From NCBI GenBank assembly GCA_965198005.1, contig CBDAOI010000004.1, forward strand, positions 1,984,001 to 2,048,000: a stretch of 64,000 nt of DNA. Direction: 5' to 3'. Numbering within the stretch: the stretch's first letter is position 1; the number at the start of each line of letters is the position of its first letter. Origin of the DNA: Spirochaetia bacterium. Lineage in GTDB: Bacteria > Spirochaetota > Spirochaetia > SZUA-6 > Bin103. Below, piece after piece: positions 9,650 to 18,139 of the stretch. The notes under the pieces are model-generated. The model was not told the DNA's origin, searched no databases, and was given only the letters and a program-made list of their open reading frames with translations. The translations under genes were made by a program, and so were the position numbers.

Positions 9650-10693
9650 ACCGGCAGCCGGGGCGGTGTCACGCCCGATGCCCGGTGACCTCCACCCGTG
9701 GCGTCTCCCTGGCGCCACGGGTGGCATGTAGCTCCCAGACCGCGACAGGACGTCGGGGGCTGGGAGCGGTTTTGCTATTCCGGAGGCGCGCCCGGAACGC
9801 GGCCGACCAGGTGAACCAGCGCCAGGCTGTGTATGGGCGTGACGTGGCCGGTCAGCTCGAAGCGGCGCCTGGCATCGTAGTGTCTGTGCATCATCGGGCG
9901 CCGCAGACCGAGTCGGCGAAGTGCACAGGTAACTCATCACACGACTGACGCGTCGTCCGTTCCTGGGCCCCGTCCATGGGGCCCAACACAGGCGTTCCCG
10001 CGCCATGGAGGGCAAGCGTGCGGCTGTCCTGTGGACAGCTCGGGGCGCGTCCGGAGCAACGTGCACCATCATGCTCACCAGCGCCGAGTCATGGAACCCG
10101 CTGGCCGAACCGGTCAGTCTGAAAGCAGCGACTGGCATCGCAGGGTCTGTGCATCATCGTGGCGAAGGTCGGAGGCCACGCCACACGAGCCGTGAACCCG
10201 CTCCCCACCGACCGTCGGCAGGCCGCTCGGGGAACAACACCACTGACCTCGGGGTGAGTCCGGCGGGGAAGCCGGCACCAGGTACCTCACCACACGACTG
10301 ACGCGTCGTCCGTTCGTGGGCAGACACGGTCGGTCGCGAACAAGGGGCCTTCGCGCTCCCTCTGAATCGGCCAATGGTAGCGCTGCCACCTCCCATGTGC
10401 CTCCGCCCGCGGACTGCGTCGCTGCCGGCCGATGCCCCATGGGCTACGACAAGGTGCGCCGCCGCTTCATCGGCCGCGGCAGAGTTCGTAATCGGTGACC
10501 TCCACCCGTGGCGCCCTCCCTGGCGCCACGGGTGGCATACGGCCCACAGACCACGACACGAGGTCGGGGGCTGTGGGCTGCTTCGAACTCCGGAGGCGGG
10601 TCCGGAAGGCTGCTCAACAGGGCAGCCATCGCCGGGCTCCGCATGGGTGCTGCGGCGCCGGTCAACTCGAAGCGGATGCTCCGATCTGGACCC
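9650..10693 (-). repeat. Mosaic SLOG-flanking repeat: two hairpins, two core palindromes, degenerate SLOG fragment and 39-aa ORF 9775-9894
   Basis: Reverse-complement homology to 1008-1432 and 3060-3365; VVLFPERPADGRWGAGSRL remnant near 10180-10245. Confidence 0.85.
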
Positions 10694-11290
10694 TCAGTAC
10701 TCGTCGTCGCAGAAGCCGTCGCGGAAGGTATGGGGCACCACCCAGTAGCCGTCGACCGTGGCGAACAGATCGGAAGCCACCACCCGGCAGTAGGCCGGCG
10801 CCGCAGGCGGCCGCGAGGCCACTACGAACAGCGGCTTAAGATGGTAGAGACTCGATCGAAACACGTGCCGGGAGCCTGGACCCCACTGCCGGTCGGCAGG
10901 CCGCTCGGGAAACAGCACCACCAGCGAGCTGCGCTTGACCAGCCACAGGGTGCGCCGCGCCAGCGCTGCGTTGGGCGGGATGCCCTCGGGCACCACCGCC
11001 GAGGCGAACAGCCCCTCGGCCCGGCAGCGCCGTGCGCGCTTGCCGAACGCGCAGCCGACGAACACCTCGTCGGGGCCGCATTCTGAGTCAGCCAGCGCCT
11101 TGCGGAAGGCGGCATCCACCCCGGCCGCGCAGCCCACGAAGAACCCAAACCCGTGCCGGCGAAACTGCTCGATCAGCGCTCGGCAGGTCGAGGGCTCCAC
11201 CTGCCCGCAGCGGCTGCCGGCCAACAACACCGAACGCGCCGCCACGTTGAACTGCAGCGCGGCATCGCCTGCTACCTGAAATGTCACCAT
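10694..11290 (-). CDS. DprA/Smf-like SLOG-superfamily protein, copy 2 (198 aa)
   Basis: Same length as and clear paralog of 411-1007; same TTGACT...AGGAGGT upstream block. Confidence 0.65.
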   Translation of the reverse strand: MVTFQVAGDAALQFNVAARSVLLAGSRCGQVEPSTCRALIEQFRRHGFGFFVGCAAGVDAAFRKALADSECGPDEVFVGCAFGKRARRCRAEGLFASAVVPEGIPPNAALARRTLWLVKRSSLVVLFPERPADRQWGPGSRHVFRSSLYHLKPLFVVASRPPAAPAYCRVVASDLFATVDGYWVVPHTFRDGFCDDEY

Positions 11291-11346
11291 TCATCGCACC
11301 TCCTGGTACTTGGTTGCCAAGCGATTTCGCACGCTGCTCCCGGCAG

Positions 11347-12327
11347 TCAAGTATTTTCTGTGCGCGATGGCCGCTCTCCGTTTCCTCCACTGGAGTTGCG
11401 TTCTCGCGGATGGTAGAGGCTGTGCACACGCTTCAGATCGCCGATCTCGACACGGAGGTACTTCTGGGTGGTCTTCAGCGAGGCGTGGCCGAGCAGCTTG
11501 GCGATGTACATGACGTTGGCCTCGTTGCGAAGCATGTGCGTGGCGACCGAGTGGCGAAAGGTGTAGCAGGTCAGGTCTTTCTTCAGCCCCACCTCGGCGG
11601 CGATCTTCCACATCACCGAGCGGTTAATGGTGCTCGCGTTGAAGGGGTTGCCCCAACCCGATAGGAACAACAGGCCCGGATCGTCGGCGCGTCCGCGCAG
11701 GAAGTACTTGCGACCCTTGCGCAGATACTCGGCGATGTAATGGCAGGCGTACTGACCGATGGGGACCACACGCGACTTGCCGCCCTTGCCCTTCATGATG
11801 GTGACCGTCTGTTCCTTGAGATCGAGATCTGCAACTCTGAGCTGGCAGAGCTCTGTGGTGCGGATGCCGCAGGCGTACAGCAGCTCGACGATGGCGCGGT
11901 TGCGCAGCCCCTCGGGACCGATCGGCTTGATCTGCTCGAGCAGACCTGAGACCTCATCCTCCGACAACACATTCCGAATCAGCTTCTGCTCCTCCTTGGG
12001 GAACTCCAGCACGCTGGTGGGGTCCCGGAGGATGAAGTCGCCGCGCAGTAGATAATGGAAGAACTTGCGCACCGACCGCAGGATCAGGTTCTGCGTGGCA
12101 TGCGTCAGCGCCCCGATGCGCGGATCCTCATGCTCGGCCAGATGCCGTTGATAGTCGAGGATCGTGTCCTTGGTGACCTGCTCGACCGTGTCGATGCGAG
12201 GGTAGCGCTGCTCCAGGAATGCCAGGAAGCGCTTGGTGTTAGCCCCGTAGGTCTCGAGGGTGCGGGCGGCGAAGTGATGGGCGCGCAGGTAGTCGCGAAA
12301 ACCGTCCAGGTGGCGCTGGAACTTCAT
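11347..12327 (-). CDS. XerC/XerD-type tyrosine recombinase
   Basis: SAM-like N-terminus; LYACGIR, GKGGKSR, YTFRHS (HxxR His replaced by Tyr), LLGH and TTQKY. Confidence 0.92.
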   Translation of the reverse strand: MKFQRHLDGFRDYLRAHHFAARTLETYGANTKRFLAFLEQRYPRIDTVEQVTKDTILDYQRHLAEHEDPRIGALTHATQNLILRSVRKFFHYLLRGDFILRDPTSVLEFPKEEQKLIRNVLSEDEVSGLLEQIKPIGPEGLRNRAIVELLYACGIRTTELCQLRVADLDLKEQTVTIMKGKGGKSRVVPIGQYACHYIAEYLRKGRKYFLRGRADDPGLLFLSGWGNPFNASTINRSVMWKIAAEVGLKKDLTCYTFRHSVATHMLRNEANVMYIAKLLGHASLKTTQKYLRVEIGDLKRVHSLYHPRERNSSGGNGERPSRTENT

Positions 12328-12493
12328 GCTTGCTCCTTTCCGTTGCCGTCCGCTGCCGGTGAGACACCTTCGGGCACAGTCTAAACAGGGTATACGTTCA
12401 AATACGGGGTTCGGGGGTCCGGGTGCGGCTATCTCCTTGCAGGAGAGTTGGTTACCGCATCCGAACCTGAATGTTCGGGTGTGTTCAGCTCGT

Positions 12494-14672
12494 TCAGGTC
12501 GCCGCGCCCGCAGCGGCAGGTTGGGCCTTGATCCTGGCAGTCAGATCCTCGGGGCTGAGGATCGTGGTGAGGAAATCGAGGTCGCTGTAGTGTGCCGACA
12601 GCCGGTACTGATTGGCAAGACCACTGCGCGCCTTGATGAGCTGGATGTACTCGTAGTCGGCGAGGGTGCGGAAGTTGTTGCGGACCTGGGCGAACGACCA
12701 CGAGGTATAGGCTACGGATCTGGCTGCGCTGAAAGACCACCTGCTCGGCAACGACGCCCTCCGCATCGGCTTTGTCGGTGACGTACTTCTTGATGAGCTC
12801 CAGCAGCTCTCTGGCCGGCCGTGGCAGATCATCGAGGGTGTTGTCCAGCACGCCGTCGGAGAGCAGCTCGTGAGCGAGCCGGTAGTCGGCGACGGTGCAC
12901 TCGATGTATTCGAGGGTCTCGCCGCCGTCCAACGTCAGCTGCTTGCGCTTGCGCTGGTACTGATACAGGAAGCAGATGGCGTTGATGAGCCGCAGGAACT
13001 TCTCGTGGTCGCGCCGGGTCTTCAGTGTGGAGGCCGGGAAGGTCAACACCTCCGCATAGGGGTTGAAGACCAACACCGGCTCGAGCAACCGCTGCGCGAA
13101 GTGGTGGCGCTCGGTGATTCGATCCAGACTCCGTCGCTGGAGGAAGCCGTCGACGGTGTAGTTGGTGCGCTGCCGGTCGTGGATGAGCCGGGTCTGGTCC
13201 TCTGACTCGTCGATGCCCACGACGAAGCTGCGGCTGAGGTTGTCGGGGTTCACGTCGCCTTTGGTGGTGGTCTCGGCCAGCGAGATCGGCCCGTTCACGG
13301 TGATGGTCTCGGTCTTCACCTGGCCGGTGACCGGGTCCTTCATCGGCACCGCCTTGGTGATGGAGCGCCGCGAGATGAGCTCGCGCAGCGGGTAGTCGGA
13401 GCCCTCGCTGCCGTGCTTCTCGCCGATGACGATGAAGCAGTGCTTGAGGTCGTCCTTGCCGTAGTAGTAGAGCGCCTGCGCCGACAAGTCGCTGACGCTC
13501 TCCACATCCTCGGGCGGACACAGCTGCTCGGTCACCTCCACCAGCATGCTCTTGCCGGCGCTGCTGCGCGAGATGATGATCGCATGCAGCGGGTTGTGCA
13601 TCAGGCGCGAGGTCATCACCAGGTAGAGCAGGAGCTTGTTCTTGCGCTCCCGGACGTAGCCAAGCTCGGTGTAGTCGCGGTCGATCTGGTCGACCAGGTC
13701 GGAGCCCTTCAGCAACTCCATCCCGATCTGCCGTTGATGGTCGGTCAGCGCGCGGTGCTTCTCGATCACGTCGATGATCTGGGTCAGGTCGCTCTCGATC
13801 TGCGCTTGGTCGCTCAAGCCGAAGCGGTCCATCAGCTGATAGGTGAAGTTCTGTCGGTCGCGGTTGCGGTACAGGTCGATGGAATCCACGAATGCGCTCT
13901 GGTCGAGCTGGGCCTTGATGTTGGCCTTCATGCGGGTGGTGTGCTCAGCGAAGCTGCCGATGACCCGGTAGGTCACCTGTGGGAACCGAAACAGGAAGCC
14001 GCCCTCGATCTCGGTCACCGCATCTGAGATGGACGCCTCACCACCGTCGCGGTCCAGGAGTCGCTGGAGTGAGGCGCGCACCTCAGAGCTGGGCAAACCG
14101 TCGAGCTCGATGGGCACGCGACGCGCCGAGACCCCGGCGCGCGTGAGATCGGCGAACAAACGCGCGCGTCCCTCGAAGGTGAAGGTGACAGCGCGGATGC
14201 CCTGGTCCTGTGCGAACTTCAGGTACTTGGCGTCGCTGCCGAACGGAAACGTCGTATGCGGAAAGTCATGCTGGATGAGCGTGAGCGCGTCGAGGGGGCT
14301 CTCGACGAAGGGGGCGTTGAAGATGCCATCCTCGCCAATCATGACCAGGGGCCGCTTGGCGCGCGGGCTCAGTTTGTATCCGACGACGTTGACGACTGTC
14401 CCTGCCTCATCGAGGACCGGAATCGTCACGCAGCCCTGCAGCATGACGCGCCCGTTCTTGATGGCGCCGCAACGCTCGAGCTCTATGCGCAGCTCCTGGT
14501 CGCGCGCCAGATGCTCGGCGACCTGGTCGGCGCAGTAGCCGAGCCGGAAGCTCTCGAATACGAACGACTCAGTGATACCGGCTCGTGCGAGCGCGGCACG
14601 TGGGCGGGGATCCGAGGCCAGCGGTTCCGTGCAGAGGCCGGTCAGCTGTTCGAGTGCGTTGGCTTGATTCAT
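12494..14672 (-). CDS. DNA primase-like/P-loop helicase-like protein of an integrative element; frameshift near 12720
   Basis: FRLGYC, VTIPVLDEAGTVVNVVG and ESPLDAL (DnaG/Toprim-like); SRSSAGKS Walker A; likely true C-terminus (YTSWSFAQVRNN...) lies in ORF 12494-12832. Confidence 0.75.
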
Positions 14673-14772
14673 ATGGGCTCCCCATATACAGGACGTAGTA
14701 GTACCCTATATAGGGGGTGCGTGGCAACCCTTGCGGTACAATTTTTCGCACGATTGTGCGTATGCTGCAGCT
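14670..14772. promoter_or_regulatory. Divergent primase/HTH control region with palindromes
   Basis: ATATGGG-ct-CCCATAT and CCCTATATAGGG; AT-rich relative to flanks. Confidence 0.5.
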
Positions 14773-15141
14773 ATGGCTTCGCTCGGCACCCACCTCAAGG
14801 GCCTCCGAAAGCAGTCCGGGCTCTCCTACCGCCGGCTCGCCGATGCGGTCGGCATCTCCCACAACAACCTCGCCTCCTATGAGGCCGACCGCGTCATGCC
14901 CTCGTTCCAGAACGCGGTGAAGCTGTGCCAGTTCTTCAACGTCCCCCTCGAGTATCTGCTGGTCGGTCAGAAGGCCGACTTCCGCTATCACGACCTCAGG
15001 CTCGCCGAGCTGTTCCTCCAGGCCGATGCGCTGCCGGCCGAGTACCGCACCATCATCAAGGCGTACCTGCGCAGCGTGATGACGCACGCGGCCCAGAAGG
15101 AGCGCCTGATCGCTAGCGCCGCCGAGCCGGAGCTGCCGTAG
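14773..15141 (+). CDS. XRE-family HTH transcriptional regulator
   Basis: LGTHLKGLRKQSGLSYRRLADAVGISHNNLASYE..RVMPS...LCQFFNVPLEYLL. Confidence 0.9.
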   Translation: MASLGTHLKGLRKQSGLSYRRLADAVGISHNNLASYEADRVMPSFQNAVKLCQFFNVPLEYLLVGQKADFRYHDLRLAELFLQADALPAEYRTIIKAYLRSVMTHAAQKERLIASAAEPELP

Positions 15142-15241
15142 GGAGAGGGAACCGAGAGCGCAGATCGCGCGACGAAAGTGCTTGACTGCTAGGAACCGAG
15201 TGCGAAAGCGCCTGGCAACCAAGTACCAGGAGGTGCGATCG

Positions 15242-15838
15242 ATGGTGAGCTTTCAGGTTTCCGGTCAGCCGGCGCTGCGGTTCAAGGTGGCGGCGCGCTC
15301 GGTGCTGTTTGCCGGCAGCCGCCGCGGGCAGGTGGAGCAGCCGGTCTGCCGTGCGCTGGTCGAGCGGTTCCGCCGCCACGGGTTCGGGTTCTTCGTGGGC
15401 TGCGCGACCGGCGTCGATGCGGCGTTCCGCGCGGCGCTGGCCCACTCAGCGTGCGGCCCCGACGAGGTGTTCGTCGGCTGCGCGTTCGGCCAGCGCGCAC
15501 GGCGCTGCCGGGCCGAGGGGCTGTTCGCCTCGGCGGTGGTGCCCGAGGGCATCCCGCCCAACGCAGCGCTGGCGCGGCGCACCCTGTGGCTGGTCAAGCG
15601 CAGCTCGCTGGTGGTGCTGTTTCCCGAACGGCCTGCCGACCGGCAGTGGGGTCCGGGCTCGCGGCTTGCCTATCGCTCGGCGCTCTACCACCTCAAGCCG
15701 ACTTTCGTGGTGGCCTCACGGCCGCCTGTCGCTCCGGCGTTCTGTCGGGTGGCGGCCGCCGACCTGTTCGCCACGGTCGACGGCTACTGGGTGGTGCCGC
15801 ATACCTTCCGCGACGGGTTCTGCGACGACGAGTACTGA
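15242..15838 (+). CDS. DprA/Smf-like SLOG-superfamily protein, copy 3 (198 aa)
   Basis: Near-identical to copy 1, with patches matching copy 2. Confidence 0.65.
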   Translation: MVSFQVSGQPALRFKVAARSVLFAGSRRGQVEQPVCRALVERFRRHGFGFFVGCATGVDAAFRAALAHSACGPDEVFVGCAFGQRARRCRAEGLFASAVVPEGIPPNAALARRTLWLVKRSSLVVLFPERPADRQWGPGSRLAYRSALYHLKPTFVVASRPPVAPAFCRVAAADLFATVDGYWVVPHTFRDGFCDDEY

Positions 15839-16630
15839 GGGGTCGAGAGCGGAGCATCCGCTTCGAGTTGACCGGCAAGGCCACGCCCATGCACAGCCTG
15901 GCGCTCGCCGACCTGCTCGGTCGCCTTCCGGCCCCCCCTCCGGACCAGCGAAGCAACCCACAGCCCCCCGACCTCGTGTCGTGGTCTGTGGGCCGTATGC
16001 CACCCGTGGCGCCAGGGAGGGCGCCACGGGTGGAGGCCACCGATTACGAACTCTGCCGCGGCCGATGAAGCGGCGGCATGACGTGGCAGCGCTACCTCTC
16101 ACGTCACCACCATCCGCGCCGGCACCACCGGCCAACCGTCACTAGCGGTGCGCCCGCGGCATCAGCACAATGGCGATACCTGCGATCCGGCAAAAGGGCC
16201 CATTGGGCGATTCAGAATGCGTCCCAAGGCCCCTTGTTCGCGACCGACCGTGTCTGCCCACGAACGGACGACGCGTCAGTCGTGTGATGAGGCTTCGCCG
16301 AGTCGGTCTGCGGTGCCGCGGTGCCCTGGCGCTGCTTCGGGCTGACCGGCCACGTCACGCCCATAACGAGCGCGGCGCTTGTCGACCTGGTCGGCCGCGT
16401 TCCGGGCGCGCCTCCGGAGTAGGACGCGGATGTTACTACCGAATAGCGAAGGTATTGTAAACAGCCGGTGCAGCTCTGACTCGCGCAGGGGATCGAGAAT
16501 AGCCACCAGGCTCCCAGTCCACGACGTCCTGTCGCGGGCCGGGAGCTGCATGCCACCCGTGGCGCCATGGAGGGTGCCTCGGGTGGAGGTCACGCTGCAT
16601 CAGACGTGATACCGCGGGGGGTGCCGGTCG
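15839..16630 (+). repeat. Mosaic SLOG-flanking repeat
   Basis: Hairpin ~16000-16033; core palindrome 16257-16291; ~100 bp identical (inverted) to 22450-22552. Confidence 0.85.
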
Positions 16631-17745
16631 GCGCTGTTGACAGGGTGGCCGCGCTCGCAAGAGAGTGCACCGTTAGGGGTTCGGCGAATGCAGATGATGC
16701 GCCCCGACGACCGCCAGCGCGGTGGCCGGTGATGTTCGGTGACGTCCGAGTCGTTGACAGGGTGGTCGCCTCCATAGCAAGCTTGCCTCGCCTGGGGTGG
16801 GGTTCGACGGATCGATGATGACGCGCCATGACGACAGTCAGGACAGTGGCCGGTTGGTCGGTGACGTGCGAGTCGTTGACAGGATGGCCGCGTCCATAGC
16901 AACCTTGCCTCGCCTGAGGTGGGGTTCGACGGATCGATGATGACGCGCCATGACGACAGTCAGGACAGTGGCCGGTTGGTCGGTGACGTCCGAGTCGTTG
17001 ACAGGATGGCCGCGTCCATAGCAAGCTTGCCTCGCCTGAGGTGGGGTTCGACGGATCGATGATGAAGCGCCATGATGACGCGCCAGGATGGCGTAAGCGT
17101 AGTGACCGGTGGCCGGTGATGTTCGGTGACGTGCGAGTCGTTGACAGGCTGGTCGCGTCCATAGCAAGCTTGCCTCGCCTCGGCTTCGACGGATCGATGA
17201 TGACGCGCCATGATGACGCGCCAGGATGGCGTAAGCGCAGTGACCGGTTGGCGGTGACGTTCGGTGACCGCCGAGTGGTTGAAAGGGTCGTCGCGCCCAC
17301 GCTATCATGCCTGGCCTGGGGCGACGGATGCCGATGAAGCGCCATGATGACGTGCCAGGATGGCGTTGGCGCAGTGACGGGTTGCCGGTGACCTTCGCTC
17401 ACCCCGGTGACCCCCACGAGTCGTTGACGGCGCGCCGCGCCTATGCTAGCTTGCCTCGCTTGGGGTCCGACGGATGGTCATGAAGCGCCATGATGACGCG
17501 CCAGGATGGCGACAGCGCAGTGACCGGTTGCCGGTGACGCCGCGCGATGAGCGCGTTGGGTCGCTGTTGACACGGATTTGGGCGGCGGCGTACAATCTTC
17601 GGCGAATGGGCACCGACAGCATCCAGCCCAGTCGCCGGCCAGCGGTGACGAAGCGCGATGAGCGGGTTGGGTCGCGCTTGACACGGATTTGGGCCGGCCT
17701 CTACACTCGTCCGCGAATGGGCACCGACAGCATCCAGCCCAGCCG
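16630..17745 (+). repeat. Tandem array of 9 promoter-like units (period 111-145 bp)
   Basis: TTGAC(A/G) or TTGAAA at 16637, 16754, 16876, 16998, 17141, 17279, 17424, 17567 and 17678. Confidence 0.9.
17567..17596 (+). promoter_or_regulatory. Near-consensus sigma70 promoter
   Basis: TTGACA-N18-TACAAT; sister copy TTGACA-N18-TACACT at 17678. Confidence 0.7.
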
Positions 17746-17944
17746 CCGACTACCGACTACCGACTACCGACTACCTAACCGCGCGACAGCCAGCCGCTCG
17801 GCGCCGGTGCTGACCGCGGCACCATCGATCCGCGCGGCACACAGCCGTGCGTGTGGCGGCGGACCGCGTCGGCCGCAACCTCCACCAGTCTACATCAACC
17901 GGCGTTGCCGGGACTTCAGAAGAGAGGGGCACATCTGCGCCCGA

Positions 17945-18118
17945 CCGAGGGGGTGCAAAATGATACTCAAAGAGCCGCACGCGCGCGCGGCGTGAGCCGG
18001 GGTGAACCCGTTGAGTCACACGCCGCGCGCTCTTAGTGAATTTGACTCAGACTGGCCGTCTGCGTTGCGGGCATGAGAGTAGCCAGGGAGCGGCAAGTCG
18101 CTCCGCAATACTCTCGAA
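17945..18118 (+). promoter_or_regulatory. Conserved SBP leader: uORF MILKEPHARAA* (17960-17995) + two predicted pseudoknots
   Basis: Same peptide as 8454-8489 with synonymous changes (ctg/ctc, gaa/gag); same stems. Confidence 0.75.
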
Positions 18119-18139
18119 AATCAAGATCCGGAGTTACGC

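Noticed and set aside
11347-12327. Integron integrase IntI with attC cassettes
   Set aside because: No IntI-specific insertion between the catalytic boxes, and no RYYYAAC...GTTRRRY attC pattern recognised
12429-12720. ORF-track C-terminus of the 747-aa primase
   Set aside because: Low-complexity tail after an apparent frameshift; the alternative frame ending at 12494 looks like real protein
16800-17500. Box C/D or TIGR-like guide array (ATGATGA and CTGA motifs)
   Set aside because: Motifs are not consistently paired, the period is far longer than TIGR units, and no Nop-domain or IS110-like protein is nearby
16630-17745. CRISPR array
   Set aside because: Units are 110-145 bp, degenerate along their length, with recurring rather than unique spacers; no cas genes in the window
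17945-18118. tmRNA gene
   Set aside because: No tRNA-like ends or T-arm/CCA, the ORF has its own SD and ATG, and there are three copies in cis to SBPs
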